64,000 bases of DNA from Verrucomicrobiota bacterium (lineage in GTDB: Bacteria > Verrucomicrobiota > Verrucomicrobiia > Limisphaerales > CANJXF01): assembly GCA_038214755.1 (NCBI GenBank), contig JBBQRQ010000001.1, positions 74,710-138,709 on the forward strand, written 5' to 3'. Position numbers and translations under genes: made by a program. Under the pieces are notes generated by a model. The model saw only the letters and a list, made by a program, of their open reading frames with translations. It was not told the DNA's origin and made no database searches. Shown in pieces: positions 30,114 through 41,733 of this stretch; positions within the stretch are counted from its first letter, which is position 1, and every line of letters begins with the position of its first letter.

Positions 30114-30308
30114 GGGTAGCATCTGCCGCCGGCGGGTGCGAAACCATTTCAAGAGCGGTTGAGGGCCACCGCAGTCCAAGACGCTCGCGCGAATTCGATG
30201 GTGCATGAATCGCGCGACAGCGTCTTGGACTGCGGTGGCCCTCCACCGCTTTTTGGGAACGCTCAACATTGAATTTCTTTCGCACCCGCCGGAGGCAGAT
30301 GCTACCCC
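30113..30308. repeat. Nested palindrome A(I I')A'
   Basis: A 30113-30143/30278-30308; I AAGAGCGGTTGAGGGCCACCGCAGTCCAAGACGCT 30151-30185/30219-30254. Confidence 0.9.
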
Positions 30309-30413
30309 GTTCGCGCGGCAACGTTTTCTTTGACTCGCAAGGTTGCTTTGCTAGATTCGCGCCTCGATTTTTTGCGGAATTTCCCAAAGAAGAACAACCA
30401 ACGCAGTTAATTT

Positions 30414-33155
30414 ATGGCATCTAAAACTCACAAATACGTTTACACCTGGGGCAACAAAAAAGCCGACGGCAACGGCTCGATGAAACCTCTCCTCGGCGGC
30501 AAAGGCGCGAACCTCGCCGAGATGACGCGAATCGGTTTGCCGGTGCCGCCCGGATTCACCATCACGACCGAGGTCTGCACTTATTTTTACGCGCACAAAA
30601 AAACGTATCCGAAAGAACTCCAGGCGCAGATGCAGGCGGGAATCGCCAACATGGAACGCATCATGGGCTGCAAATTTGGCGACGCGAAAGCGATGCCGCT
30701 CCTCGTCGCCGTTCGTTCCGGCGCGCGCGATTCGATGCCGGGCATGATGGACACCATTTTGAATCTCGGCTTGAACGATCAAACCGTTTTGTCCCTCGCC
30801 GCCGCCACGAAGAATGAGCGTTTCGCGTGGGATTGTTATCGGCGGTTTATCCAGATGTATGGCGATGTCGTGATGGGCGTGCAGAAACGCGAAGGGGAAG
30901 AGCATGAGCCTTTTGAAACGGTGATCGAAAAATTAAAGGAAGAATTATTTCCCAGCCGTCACGACGTGCAAGACACAAAGATCGACGCGGCCGGTTTGAA
31001 AATTTTGGTCCATCGCTTCAAGGATTTGGTCAAGTATCGCGCGGGAAAAGAATTTCCAAACGATCCGTGGGACCAACTGCGCGGCGCGGCGGGCGCGGTC
31101 TTTGGCTCGTGGATGAATGACCGCGCCATGGTCTATCGTCGCAAATATAATATTCCTTCCGAATGGGGAACGGCCGTCAACGTGCAAGCAATGGTTTATG
31201 GCAACACCGGCGAGACGTCCGGTTCCGGTGTGGCCTTCACACGCAATCCAGCCAACGGCGCGAACGAATTTTACGGAGAATTTCTCATCAACGCGCAAGG
31301 CGAAGATGTCGTCGCCGGCGTCCGCACTCCCGAACCGGTCTTGAAATTGAAAGACCAGATGCCGAAATCCTACGCGGAGTTGCTCAAGGTCCGCGCTACG
31401 TTGGAAAAACATTTCAAGGACGTGCAGGACATCGAGTTCACAATTCAAGATGGCAAGTTGTTCATGCTCCAAACGCGCAACGGCAAACGCACCGCCATGG
31501 CCGCGCTGAAATTTTCGATGGACATGGTCCGTGAGAAACTCATCGATTGGCAGACCGCGATTGTTCGCAACCCCGCCGACCAACTCGATCAGTTGCTCGC
31601 GCCCGTGTTTGATCGCAACGCGATTAAATCCGCAAAAGTCATCGCGCGAGGTTTGCCGGCGGGTCCTGGCGCGGCGACCGGCAAAATTTATTTCAATGCC
31701 GACCGCGCGGTTCAAGCCGCGGGTCTTGGCGAAAAAGTTTTGTTAGTTCGCATCGAAACGTCGCCGGAAGATTTGCGGGGAATGATTGCGGCGGAAGGAA
31801 TCCTTACCGCGCGCGGCGGCGTCAGTTCACACGCGGCGCTGGTCGCTCGGCAAATGGGAAAAGTTTGCGTCTGCGGCGCGAGCGCGTTGCAGGTGGATTA
31901 CAATGCCAAGACGCTGACCGTGGATGGGCAAAAATTTAAGGAAGGCGATTTCCTTTCCATCGATGGTACGGCGGGTGAAGTTTATGCTGGCGAGGTAAAA
32001 ACCGCTGCCTCGGAAATCATCCAGGTGCTCGTCGAAAAATCTCTCAACGGGAAAAAAAGCAAAACCTACCAGGACTTCGCGCAGTTGATGAATTGGTGCA
32101 ACAAAGTCACTCGCCTCCAAGTCCGCACCAACGCTGACAACCCGGAACAAACCGCCAACGCCGTCGCCTTCGGCGCCACCGGCATCGGCCTTTGCCGTAC
32201 GGAGCATATGTTCTTCGAGGGAGATCGCATCGACGCCATGCGCGAAATGATTCTGGCGAACAACACGGACGACCGCAAAAAAGCGCTCGCGAAGTTGTTG
32301 CCTTACCAACGAGCAGATTTCGACGGCATGTTCAAAGAGTTGAAAGGTTTCCCCGCGACGATTCGCTTTCTTGATCCGCCCTTGCACGAATTTTTACCGC
32401 ACGATAAAGCTGCTCAAACGGAGTTGGCCAATAAACTCAACGTGCCCGTCGAGAAAATTACGAAGCGCGTTCACGAATTGCACGAATTCAATCCGATGCT
32501 CGGTCATCGCGGTTGTCGCCTTGGGATTGCCTATCCCGAAATTTCCGAGATGCAGGCGCGCGCTGTTTTTGAAGCCGCCGCCGAAGTTCAGAAAAAAGGC
32601 ATCAAGTGCAAACCGGAAATCATGATCCCGCTCGTTGGCTTCAAAAAAGAATTTGATCTGCAACTCGAACTCGTCCATCGCGTCGCGCAGGAAGTGGAGA
32701 AAGAAAAAAAGGTGAAGCTGAATTATCTCGTCGGCACGATGATCGAGGTGCCGCGCGGCGCGTTGACCGCGGACGAGATTGCGCAGACCGCGGAATTTTT
32801 TAGCTTCGGCACCAACGACCTCACGCAAACCTGCCTCGGTATGAGCCGTGATGATTCGGGCACGTTCCTCCCGAAATATCAGGAGCAGGAAATCGTAAAA
32901 CAAAATCCATTTGCCAGCATCGACCAAAGCGGTGTCGGCCAACTTATGCAAATCGCCGTGGAAAAAGGTCGCAGGACGCGGCCCGACATCAAGCTCGGCA
33001 TTTGCGGCGAACACGGCGGCGATCCCGGTAGCGTGAAATTCTGTCATCGCCTCGGATTGAACTACGTCAGTTGCTCGCCCTTCCGCGTGCCGATTGCCCG
33101 GCTTGCCGCGGCGCAGGCTGCCTTGGAAGAAAAGAAAAGTGCGAAGAAAAAATAA
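30414..33155 (+). CDS. ppdK: Pyruvate, phosphate dikinase
   Basis: [57 protein letters not shown]. Confidence 0.97.
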   Translation: MASKTHKYVYTWGNKKADGNGSMKPLLGGKGANLAEMTRIGLPVPPGFTITTEVCTYFYAHKKTYPKELQAQMQAGIANMERIMGCKFGDAKAMPLLVAVRSGARDSMPGMMDTILNLGLNDQTVLSLAAATKNERFAWDCYRRFIQMYGDVVMGVQKREGEEHEPFETVIEKLKEELFPSRHDVQDTKIDAAGLKILVHRFKDLVKYRAGKEFPNDPWDQLRGAAGAVFGSWMNDRAMVYRRKYNIPSEWGTAVNVQAMVYGNTGETSGSGVAFTRNPANGANEFYGEFLINAQGEDVVAGVRTPEPVLKLKDQMPKSYAELLKVRATLEKHFKDVQDIEFTIQDGKLFMLQTRNGKRTAMAALKFSMDMVREKLIDWQTAIVRNPADQLDQLLAPVFDRNAIKSAKVIARGLPAGPGAATGKIYFNADRAVQAAGLGEKVLLVRIETSPEDLRGMIAAEGILTARGGVSSHAALVARQMGKVCVCGASALQVDYNAKTLTVDGQKFKEGDFLSIDGTAGEVYAGEVKTAASEIIQVLVEKSLNGKKSKTYQDFAQLMNWCNKVTRLQVRTNADNPEQTANAVAFGATGIGLCRTEHMFFEGDRIDAMREMILANNTDDRKKALAKLLPYQRADFDGMFKELKGFPATIRFLDPPLHEFLPHDKAAQTELANKLNVPVEKITKRVHELHEFNPMLGHRGCRLGIAYPEISEMQARAVFEAAAEVQKKGIKCKPEIMIPLVGFKKEFDLQLELVHRVAQEVEKEKKVKLNYLVGTMIEVPRGALTADEIAQTAEFFSFGTNDLTQTCLGMSRDDSGTFLPKYQEQEIVKQNPFASIDQSGVGQLMQIAVEKGRRTRPDIKLGICGEHGGDPGSVKFCHRLGLNYVSCSPFRVPIARLAAAQAALEEKKSAKKK

Positions 33156-33169
33156 TTGTTAGAAATCAA

Positions 33170-33204
33170 AGCCGCTGGAAATTCCAGCGGCTCTTTCTTT
33201 TTTT
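33170..33204 (+). terminator. Rho-independent terminator of ppdK
   Basis: AGCCGCTGGA-AAT-TCCAGCGGCT followed by a T-rich tract. Confidence 0.8.
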
Positions 33205-33230
33205 GGAATTGCGGAAAAAAGAAGTCATCC

Positions 33231-33294
33231 CGCACCCGCCGGAGGCAGATGCTACCCAACGCGCCGTGGGTAGCATCTGCCTCCGGCGGGTGCG
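33231..33294. repeat. Family A pair in reversed (GTAG-inward) orientation
   Basis: CGCACCCGCCGGAGGCAGATGCTACCC-N10-GGGTAGCATCTGCCTCCGGCGGGTGCG. Confidence 0.9.
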
Positions 33295-33324
33295 AATAAA
33301 ATTCCTGGGTACCCAATTGTTTAG

Positions 33325-35199
33325 ATGAACGCAAATCGCAATCGTTTTTTTCTCCTTTCGTGGCTGTTGACGTTGCTGGTGCTGCGCGGGTTATTGCCCA
33401 ACGGGGCGTTTTCGGACCTCTTCACTTCGCTCTACACTATTTTTTCTTATGGCAGTTACGCGGCGATTTATCTCGCACCAACATTTATCGCGGTCTGGTT
33501 ATTGGAACGTTTTGCTCACGCGAGAAAAACAGCGGCGGCCGTCGCAGTATTCGGCACCGGGCTGGCCATTGTTTTATTGTATGCCGACGCGAAGATCCGT
33601 TCGCTCTACGGATTTCACATCAATGGTTTCGTTATCAATCTGGTGCGCACGCCCGGCGGTCTCGACTCTCTCGGTGCGGACACCGGCACGAAAATCGGAT
33701 TCATTCTAATCGTTGTCGCGGTATTCGGAATGCAATGGGGTTTATGGATTTTTTGTCAGCGAAAATTTTGGCCAAAATTCCCGTTGCCAAAAATTTTCGC
33801 CTTCATCTTGTGTGGACTCTTGGCCGTCCACCTCAGCGAACGCGTCATGTACGGCTTGGCCGACATCCAATCGCGCGACGCGGCGTTGGGCGTGGCCGAA
33901 AGTTTGCCGTTTCATCAACATTTCACTTTTCGAAAACTGGGAAAAAAACTGGGCCTTGCCATTCCGCCTCGACAAAAAATTGCCATCAAATCCGGAGGGC
34001 GATTGAATTATCCCGCGCAGCCTTTGCGCGTCGTGCCGCCAGCAAAACCGTTAAACGTCATCTGGCTCGTCTCCGAATCCTTGCGCGCCGATATGTTGAA
34101 TGCCGAAGTCATGCCTGCGACCTGGGACTACGCAAAAAAAGGAATGCGTTTCACCAAACATTTCAGCGGGGGCAACGGCACGCGCATGGGAGTGTTCTCG
34201 ATGTTCAGCGGGTTGGCGGGCAGTTATTGGTTTTCGTTTATTTACGAGGAGCGCAGCGCGGCGGTGATGGATGTGTTGATGCAGGAAAGCTACGATCTTC
34301 ATTTGTCCACCGCGCAGTCGTTTACTTACCCGGAATTTGATCGAACTATTTTTTCGCGCGTGCCACGCGACCGAATGCACGTCGATGAAAATGGCAACGG
34401 TTACGAACGCGATCAACGCAATGTTGCTCGGATCATTCAGACGCTCGATCAACGCGATTCAAAAAAACCAATTTTCATTTTCAATTTTTTCGAGTCGCCG
34501 CACGCGCGTTACTATTTTCCGCCGGAAGCCGTGATTCGCCCGAATTATTTAAAAGATTTTAATTATGCGCGCATGGATTTGCCCGCGCTCAAACGCGACA
34601 TCAACGGCATTCGTGATCGCTACATCAACTCAGTCCACGCACTCGACTTGAATCTCGCGCCGCTTTGGAAATATTTGGAAGCGCATCACCTCCGCGACGA
34701 CACGATCATTATTTTCACCGGCGACCACGGGGAGGAATTCATGGAGAAAGGCCGCTGGGGACATAATTCGGAATTTGTGAACGAGCAAATCCAAACGCCG
34801 CTGGTGCTTTGGGTCCCTGAACATGTGCCGGCGGTAGAGGATCGATTGTCATCGCACATGGATTTGACCGCGACGCTCATGCCTCTCCTCGGCGTGCAAA
34901 ATCCGGCCGCCGATTATTCGTTGGGTTTTAATTTATTGGAGAATCCGGCGCGGCATTACGTGATCTTGTCGGATTGGGACCGCGTCGCGTATGTGGACGC
35001 AGATATCAAGTTCACCGTGCCGACATCGACCAAAGGATTTTTTCGCCAACGCGTCACGGATTTTAGTGATCAGCCGATCGCGGACTCGTCTGCCGTCTTG
35101 AAAGAAAAAAGACCGGAACTGATGGAGTTGATGCAGGACATCAGCCGGTTTTACCGCAAGCCGAAGTCAAAAAAGTCGGAGGCAACCACCACGAAGTAA
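33325..35199 (+). CDS. YejM/PbgA-like (DUF3413 + sulfatase-like) inner-membrane protein
   Basis: About 5 N-terminal TMs, LYGFHINGFV, LNYP..PL, SLRADM, HFSGGNGTRMG, TGDHGEEF. Confidence 0.8.
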   Translation: MNANRNRFFLLSWLLTLLVLRGLLPNGAFSDLFTSLYTIFSYGSYAAIYLAPTFIAVWLLERFAHARKTAAAVAVFGTGLAIVLLYADAKIRSLYGFHINGFVINLVRTPGGLDSLGADTGTKIGFILIVVAVFGMQWGLWIFCQRKFWPKFPLPKIFAFILCGLLAVHLSERVMYGLADIQSRDAALGVAESLPFHQHFTFRKLGKKLGLAIPPRQKIAIKSGGRLNYPAQPLRVVPPAKPLNVIWLVSESLRADMLNAEVMPATWDYAKKGMRFTKHFSGGNGTRMGVFSMFSGLAGSYWFSFIYEERSAAVMDVLMQESYDLHLSTAQSFTYPEFDRTIFSRVPRDRMHVDENGNGYERDQRNVARIIQTLDQRDSKKPIFIFNFFESPHARYYFPPEAVIRPNYLKDFNYARMDLPALKRDINGIRDRYINSVHALDLNLAPLWKYLEAHHLRDDTIIIFTGDHGEEFMEKGRWGHNSEFVNEQIQTPLVLWVPEHVPAVEDRLSSHMDLTATLMPLLGVQNPAADYSLGFNLLENPARHYVILSDWDRVAYVDADIKFTVPTSTKGFFRQRVTDFSDQPIADSSAVLKEKRPELMELMQDISRFYRKPKSKKSEATTTK

Positions 35200-35255
35200 T
35201 AGACGCAGACGAAATTTGTTTTCAAAAAGCGGCTCGTGAAAACGGGCGGCTTTTT

Positions 35256-36737
35256 TCACGAGAGGATTTCCGAAATAGGTTGCCCATGATCGAGGTCCAA
35301 TCTTTTGCGTCCCGGCACTTCGAGCTTGTGCGAATCCAAACCGAGTTGCTGCAAAACGGTAGCGTGAAGGTCGGTGATAAAATGCCGGTTCTCCACCGCG
35401 TGGTAGCCGAGTTCATCCGTAGCACCATGCACCACTCCGCCTTTGACTCCGCCTCCCGCAAGCCACGCGCAAAAACCTTGTGGATGATGATCGCGCCCGG
35501 TGCCTTCCGCTCCCGGCGTGCGGCCGAATTCCGTTCCAAAAACAACCAACGTCTCCTCCAGCAAACCGCGTTGTTTGAGGTCTTTCAGCAAACCCGCAAT
35601 CGGTTGATCGACTTGAGCCGCAAGTTTAGTGTGATTGGTTTTGATTTCTGAATGGGAATCCCACGCGCCGCCGCCGCCGCCGCCGTGAAAGATCTGCACG
35701 AAGCGAACGCCGCGTTCCACCAATCGCCGCGCCACCAGACATTGTTCGCCAAAGGATTTCGTTTCGTCCTTGTCCAGTCCGTAAAGTGATTTGGTTTCGG
35801 CAGATTCTTTTTCGAGATTGACCGTTTCAGGAACCGACATCTGCATTTGAAAAGCGAGTTCGTAGGATTTAATTCGCGCCTGAAGATTTTTATCGTCGGG
35901 ATAATCGATCCCGGCCAGCCGGTTCAATCGGCCAATCAAACTGAAATTTTCCATCTGCTCTTCCTGCGAAATTTTTTCAGCAGGCGCGATAAACGGCATC
36001 GGATTTTTCGCATTCACTTTCAGATGAACACCGGCGTATTGCGGCCCCAGGTAACTCGCGCCGAACGACCACGAACCGCCGCAGCAATCTCCCACCGGCT
36101 GACCCAGCACGACATACTCCGGCAAATTTTCATTCAACGTGCCCAGACCGTATGCGACCCAAGAGCCGATGGTGGGGAACGCTCCCTCTCGCGGATGCCG
36201 CCCCGTCTGAAAGGTGAGTTGCGTTCCATGATCGTTGTGCAACGTCCAGAGCGAGCGCACCACCGCAATGTCATCCGCGCATTCACCGATTTTTTGAAAC
36301 CAATCGCCGACGACGAGACCGCTTTGCCCGTAAGTTTTGTAACCCGTCTGAAGCGGCATGATGATCTTGCGCGTGGAATGCGTGGCGTTGGCATCGACTA
36401 CATTCTTGTCCGCTTTGCCACCCGCAATCGCATCTTTGTAAGGCGTTTCTTCAATCGACTTGCCAGCGTATTTGTTCAACTCCGGTTTGATGTCAAAACT
36501 TTCGACATGACTCACACCGCCGCACATGAAAATCCAGATGACCGATTTCGCTTTGGGTTGAAAATGCGCCTTCCCGTCGGGCGCGCGCCACGTTTGCCCG
36601 ATGGAATCGGCTTTGAGAATTCCTTCTTTGAAAAACATCGCGCCCAACGCGAGGCCGGTAAAACCCATCCCGGTGTCCGCGAGAAAAGAACGTCGCGAAA
36701 TGCCCGGGCATTTGTGCGGATTGGAATCAGGTTTCAT
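35256..36737 (-). CDS. DUF1501-family protein (Tat signal)
   Basis: SRRSFL, AKSVIWIFMCGGVSH, ARRLVERGVRFVQ, WDSH, TEFGRTP, GRDHH. Confidence 0.9.
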   Translation of the reverse strand: MKPDSNPHKCPGISRRSFLADTGMGFTGLALGAMFFKEGILKADSIGQTWRAPDGKAHFQPKAKSVIWIFMCGGVSHVESFDIKPELNKYAGKSIEETPYKDAIAGGKADKNVVDANATHSTRKIIMPLQTGYKTYGQSGLVVGDWFQKIGECADDIAVVRSLWTLHNDHGTQLTFQTGRHPREGAFPTIGSWVAYGLGTLNENLPEYVVLGQPVGDCCGGSWSFGASYLGPQYAGVHLKVNAKNPMPFIAPAEKISQEEQMENFSLIGRLNRLAGIDYPDDKNLQARIKSYELAFQMQMSVPETVNLEKESAETKSLYGLDKDETKSFGEQCLVARRLVERGVRFVQIFHGGGGGGAWDSHSEIKTNHTKLAAQVDQPIAGLLKDLKQRGLLEETLVVFGTEFGRTPGAEGTGRDHHPQGFCAWLAGGGVKGGVVHGATDELGYHAVENRHFITDLHATVLQQLGLDSHKLEVPGRKRLDLDHGQPISEILS

Positions 36738-36744
36738 AGCGGCT

Positions 36745-39531
36745 TCAGCGGATGGTGACAAAATCGGTGTGATTAAACAAAATTAAAATCAAGTTTTGTC
36801 GCGCCCGTTCTTGCGGAGAAGGCGCGGACGGCGGTTTGGCCGCGTTAGATTTTGCATTTGCCACAACTGGTTTTTCGTCCACAGATTTTTTCTCCTGCTC
36901 CATGCGTTCCGTTTGTTTCTGGAGAAATTCCTGACAAAGTTTCAGTTCGCTGGCCTTTGGTTTCCGATTCAAAATTCGCTCAAAAGATTTTTGGATAAAC
37001 GAATCCGATTTTTCTTTTTCAAAATCAGCGGCCAAAACTTTCGCCTGTGCAAAACTCAATTCGCTATTCGCCAGCGCCAGCGCTTGTTGCGGCATCACGC
37101 TCGGTTTCCTTTCGTAACATTCAGTCACGCTCGGCCCGTTAAAAATTTGCATGAACTCAGACTCTTTTTCCGCCGCGTTCTGGATGTAAAGACTGCGACG
37201 CTTGGAGGCCAGCGCCTTCGCCGAAGGAATTTCCGGCCCGCCCATTTTTTCATCAAGCTGCCCGGTGACATAAAGCAGATTATCCCGCACCGATTCGGCT
37301 TCCATGCGCTGCGGATTCATCCGCCACAAATAAACATTGTCCTGATCCAGGCGCGCGTTGGCGGCGTCCCAACTCGACGACATTCGATACGCGCTGCTCG
37401 TCACCAGGAGCCGGTGCATTTTTTTCATGCTCCAGTTTTGCGCCATGAATTCCGCGGCGAGCCAATCCAACAATTTGGGATTCGACGGCGGTCGTCCGTT
37501 GCCGCCGAATTCATCGACGGAGGGGACAATCGCCTGGCCGAAATGCCGCAACCAAACGTGATTCATCGCCACTCGCGCCGTCAGCGGATTATTTTTCTCA
37601 GTGACCCAGTTCGCAAAAGCCCGACGACGTCCGGTGCTCGTCGTGGGATATTTTTCAATCTGTCGCGATTTGTAGCTGGTGGTTACCGGTTCATTTAAAT
37701 CTTTCTCCGCTTCGGCAAAGGCTTTTTCGGCCTTGTTGAAATTGGTCTCCGCCGACTTTAAAACTTTCATCGCTCGGTCGAGCAAATCTGTGTTGGCAGC
37801 AAGTTCCGCAGCCACCGTGGTATTCGTCTTTTTCGCTGCTTCATCCACTTTTGCCTGAGCATCGGCTTGTTCTTTGCGAAGCGTTTCCAATTTTTCTTTC
37901 GTTTCGAGCACGGCAAAATTTCTTTGCGCCGAACACGCTTCCCTCGCCGCAGCTTTCCACTCTGCCGAATCGCGTTTCTCTTCCAACTTTTCTGCGCGAA
38001 TTGTTGCCAACACCGATTGCTGTTTCGCCTCGGCGAATTTTATTCTTCCTTCTGCTTCGACCATTTGTTCAGGCTTGGTCTCTTTATTATTTTTAAGTTT
38101 CTCCAACGCCGCTCGCGCCTCCGCCACCGTTTTTTCCACAGACGCGATGGCATTTTGCACATTGAACTCGCGACGGTCGGGTCGATACGCCAGCAACGGA
38201 AGTTGAACTGGCTCGACATGAAATTTCCCGCCGAGAAATTTCGGGACACCAGGAGTGATCACGATATTCGTGTCGGGAGTTCGTTCATCTCCCCGAATAA
38301 AAAATTGCGTCTTCGCCGTGAGGTTGGTGTCGAACACTCGCGGCAAGCCATCTTTCTTGATGTCCGGTTCGCTGGGCAGGCGATCGGTGCGCACGCCGTA
38401 TGGCTCGAAGATGGCGCGCATGTTGTAATATTCCTTCTGCGGAATCGGGTCATACATATGGTTGTGGCATTTCGCGCAATGCATCGAGACGCCGAGAAAC
38501 GCGCGCGACGTGTGGTTCATCGTGTCTTCCATCCACGCCTCGCGACTGAGCAATTTCCAATTGCGAACCAAATAGCCGGTGGCGCGCAACGCATCCGAAT
38601 CTTCGGGCGCCAATTCGTCGGCAGCCCACATTTCGCGCACCATGCGGTCGTAGCTTTTGTCGCTGTTCAACGATTCGACAATCCAATCGCGCCAATGCCA
38701 GATGTGCGGTTTGCTGTCGCGAACTTCCTCCTTGTAGCCAGCCCAATCACTGTAGCGCCAGACATCCATCCAATGACGGCCCCAGCGTTCGCCGTAACGC
38801 GGATCGGCCAGAAGCCGTTCGACAACTTTCTCGTAAGAATTGCGCGAACGATCTTTGAGAAATGCCTGCATCTCATTCGGCGTTGGGATCAAGCCGATCA
38901 AATCCAGATAAACGCGGCGCAGTAAAATTTCTTTGGGCGCTTCAGGACGCGGCTTGAGCTTTTGGATTTCGTGTTGCTCGGCAATGAACGTGTCGATGGG
39001 ATTTCGCGCCCATTTGGTATTTTTTACTTTCGGAACTTCAGGGCGAGTCACCGGCTCAAACGGTTTCCATTTGTAGGCGCTCAGGAATTTTTTAAAATCG
39101 GTCTGCTGTTTTGAAAGGCCACTTAATTCCTTTTCGTCAGGTTTGTCTTTGGCGTCGCCGGGAGCGTGATGCAAAAGTAGCTCGACCAAATTTTCGACGC
39201 CGTCGCCATCGCTGTCTTCTTTGGAAATAATCGCGAGCCGCGTTGGGATGTCTTTTTTCTTTCCTGCGGAATCCAATTCTTCCCCAAGCCGTCTCAGTCG
39301 ATCTCCAAATGGATTGTGCGGAAATTCATCCAGGCTTTCGGGCGCTTTCAATGTGCTCGGCAAATGGCACGTCGTGCAGGCATTCAATCGCGCATCGAGA
39401 AACGGGCCAAAATAATTTACCAGCGCTCGCTTGTTGGCGGGAGTGGCTTTGACTGAAGAACAAAAAACGGCGCAGCAAATAATTAGAATCGCCAAGAGAA
39501 AAAGTTTGGAAATTGAGCCTGACATTCGCAT
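36745..39531 (-). CDS. DUF1549/DUF1553 (PSD1) cytochrome c-like protein
   Basis: CTTCH, NPIDTFI, LLRRVYLDLIG, YGERWGRHWMD, CAKCHNH, NPLTARV, LLDWLA. Confidence 0.9.
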   Translation of the reverse strand: MRMSGSISKLFLLAILIICCAVFCSSVKATPANKRALVNYFGPFLDARLNACTTCHLPSTLKAPESLDEFPHNPFGDRLRRLGEELDSAGKKKDIPTRLAIISKEDSDGDGVENLVELLLHHAPGDAKDKPDEKELSGLSKQQTDFKKFLSAYKWKPFEPVTRPEVPKVKNTKWARNPIDTFIAEQHEIQKLKPRPEAPKEILLRRVYLDLIGLIPTPNEMQAFLKDRSRNSYEKVVERLLADPRYGERWGRHWMDVWRYSDWAGYKEEVRDSKPHIWHWRDWIVESLNSDKSYDRMVREMWAADELAPEDSDALRATGYLVRNWKLLSREAWMEDTMNHTSRAFLGVSMHCAKCHNHMYDPIPQKEYYNMRAIFEPYGVRTDRLPSEPDIKKDGLPRVFDTNLTAKTQFFIRGDERTPDTNIVITPGVPKFLGGKFHVEPVQLPLLAYRPDRREFNVQNAIASVEKTVAEARAALEKLKNNKETKPEQMVEAEGRIKFAEAKQQSVLATIRAEKLEEKRDSAEWKAAAREACSAQRNFAVLETKEKLETLRKEQADAQAKVDEAAKKTNTTVAAELAANTDLLDRAMKVLKSAETNFNKAEKAFAEAEKDLNEPVTTSYKSRQIEKYPTTSTGRRRAFANWVTEKNNPLTARVAMNHVWLRHFGQAIVPSVDEFGGNGRPPSNPKLLDWLAAEFMAQNWSMKKMHRLLVTSSAYRMSSSWDAANARLDQDNVYLWRMNPQRMEAESVRDNLLYVTGQLDEKMGGPEIPSAKALASKRRSLYIQNAAEKESEFMQIFNGPSVTECYERKPSVMPQQALALANSELSFAQAKVLAADFEKEKSDSFIQKSFERILNRKPKASELKLCQEFLQKQTERMEQEKKSVDEKPVVANAKSNAAKPPSAPSPQERARQNLILILFNHTDFVTIR

Positions 39532-39860
39532 ACAAAACTTCGCTCGATATAATTCAATGCGGAAGTTCAGCGCTATTTAAGTTCAAGAGTGTCCGTGGGT
39601 CAACTCAAGGGGAAATCAGGTTGTGTTCCAGGGTGTGATTAAAAGCGGGTGAGGCTGGATTTGGTTTCTTGCAGTGCGGCGGCATGACGCCGCTTTTCCG
39701 CACGTGACGCGATGGAGAAAGTGCACTGAAACTTTCATAGTAAAACTTTGCCCGCGTTTCTTTACCGTTGACCTGAACAACCCTCGATGGGAAAACTATT
39801 TGGGTGAACACAAGCACAGTTCTTTCGCTCGAAGTTTTTAAAATAAAGTTTTTTGGCTCA

Positions 39861-41390
39861 ATGCGTTTCGCCATTTTCCTTTTTCTTTTCTGCGCGTCTA
39901 TTGACCCGCTTTTCGCTCAGCGCGTTCCTGTTCAAGAAAAATTTCTTTCCAACGGCATGAGGCTTCTGCTCGTGCAGCGCAATGATGAGCCGACCGTTTC
40001 CGGTGGGTGGGTCGCGCATGTGGGAAGCTCCAACGAACGCCCCGGCATTACCGGCATCGCGCATCTGTTCGAGCATATGATGTTCAAAGGCACGCCCACC
40101 ATCGGCACGAAAAATTATGAAAAGGATTTGGAAATTATCGCCGAGCAGGAGCGGGTGCGCGACCAGATGCGTGAAGAAGAAAAAAAGATGCGCGGGGCCT
40201 ATCGCGCTGGAGAGATCGACGACGTGGCCAAGCCCGAAAACATGACGCCCCGCTGGCGCGAACTAGAGAAAAAATTCGCCGAACTCATCCAGCAACAGCG
40301 CGAGATATTGGTCAAAAACGAGTTCGATAAAATTTACACGGGCAACGGCGGTTCCGGCATGAATGCCTATACCAGCGAAGACATGACCGGTTATTTCATC
40401 ACGGTGCCGGCGAATAAATTGGAGCTTTGGATGTGGATGGAATCAGGTCGTCTCTGGCGTCCGGTGTTTCGCGAATTTTATGCCGAGCGCGATGTCGTCT
40501 TCGAGGAGCGACGGATGCGCACGGACTCGACGCCCCTCGGAAAATTCGCCGAGCAATTCGAATCCATGTTTTGGGAGTCTCATCCGTATCACTGGCCGGT
40601 GATTGGCTGGCCGTCGGACATCCCGGCGATTTCCAAAGCGCAGGCGGATGACTTTTACGGAATTTATTACGCGCCGCAAAACATCACCGTGATTCTCGTC
40701 GGGGATTTCCGCGCGGAAGCCGCCACCCAAATGGCTGAAAAATATTTCGGCCGCATCCCCCGCGGAAAAAAAGACGCTCCCGACGTGGTCACGCTCGAAA
40801 TGAAACAGGTCGCGGAGAAACGGATGAACGCAGAAGCCGAGGCCAATCCGCAAGTCGATATTCTTTGGCACACGGTCCCGTTCGGGCACAAGGATTCTTA
40901 TGCGCTGGCCGTGCTGGCGCAGATTCTTTCCACGCGCACCGGGCGGTTTTTCAAAGGGCTGGTTCTCGGTTCGGAAGTTGCCACCGAGGCCGCGGCGCAA
41001 CAGGACGCGCGAAAATGGGCGGGCTATTTTAATTGCGGCGGCGAAGCCAAGGAGGGCCACACGCCCGCAGAAGTCGAACAAGGTATTTACGCCGAGTTGG
41101 ACAAATTGAAAAACGAAGAAGTGCCCGCCGACGAATTGCAAAAAGTGAAAAATAATTTCGCCGCCAATGAATATCGCAAGCTCAGTTCCAACTCACCGAT
41201 CCTCATGCAACTGCTGCATTACGATGGACTCGGAAATTGGCGCGAGATCAACGACGCCAACGCGAAAATTCAGGCAGTCACCCCCTCGGATTTAAAACGA
41301 GTGGTCACAGAATATTTCACCAGGGAAAATCGCGCGGTCGCGACTTACCTTCGTAAAGCCGCAAAAAAAATGGACGCGCCGAAGTCGTAG
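39861..41390 (+). CDS. M16 (pitrilysin-family) zinc peptidase, catalytic subunit
   Basis: GIAHLFEHMMFKG (HxxEH), NAYTS.D.T.Y, ERDVVFEERR. Confidence 0.9.
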   Translation: MRFAIFLFLFCASIDPLFAQRVPVQEKFLSNGMRLLLVQRNDEPTVSGGWVAHVGSSNERPGITGIAHLFEHMMFKGTPTIGTKNYEKDLEIIAEQERVRDQMREEEKKMRGAYRAGEIDDVAKPENMTPRWRELEKKFAELIQQQREILVKNEFDKIYTGNGGSGMNAYTSEDMTGYFITVPANKLELWMWMESGRLWRPVFREFYAERDVVFEERRMRTDSTPLGKFAEQFESMFWESHPYHWPVIGWPSDIPAISKAQADDFYGIYYAPQNITVILVGDFRAEAATQMAEKYFGRIPRGKKDAPDVVTLEMKQVAEKRMNAEAEANPQVDILWHTVPFGHKDSYALAVLAQILSTRTGRFFKGLVLGSEVATEAAAQQDARKWAGYFNCGGEAKEGHTPAEVEQGIYAELDKLKNEEVPADELQKVKNNFAANEYRKLSSNSPILMQLLHYDGLGNWREINDANAKIQAVTPSDLKRVVTEYFTRENRAVATYLRKAAKKMDAPKS

Positions 41391-41402
41391 AATTTCAAAA
41401 TT

Positions 41403-41732
41403 ATGACAACGTTGGAAGAAGCCCGCTCGGTGGTCAGCCGATTAAATTTGGAAGAGCGCCTACGCTTGATGGATTGGATCAGCCACGAATCGGTGGAAGT
41501 TGCGCCGGGAATTTTTCGGACTCCGGGTGTGTGCGGTGGCGAGGCTTGTATTCGGCGGATGCGTTTGCCGGTTTGGCTGTTGGAAGAAGGACGGCGCAAC
41601 GGATCTTCGGAATCTCAGTTGTTGCAAGCGCACCCTGACTTGACTCGCGATGACTTGAAAAAGGCGTGGGGCTATGTCGCCCAGCAGCGCGAAGAGATCG
41701 AAGATTTGATTCGAGATAACAACGAAGTTTGA
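41403..41732 (+). CDS. DUF433-family antitoxin-like protein
   Basis: TPGVCGGEACIRRMRLPVW...HPDLT..DL..AW.Y. Confidence 0.85.
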   Translation: MTTLEEARSVVSRLNLEERLRLMDWISHESVEVAPGIFRTPGVCGGEACIRRMRLPVWLLEEGRRNGSSESQLLQAHPDLTRDDLKKAWGYVAQQREEIEDLIRDNNEV

Positions 41733-41733
41733 G

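Noticed and set aside
28017..38925. Long antisense ORFs (e.g. 28017-28949, 35847-36758, 37867-38925)
   Set aside because: They are shadows of well-supported genes on the opposite strand, with no recognisable motifs.
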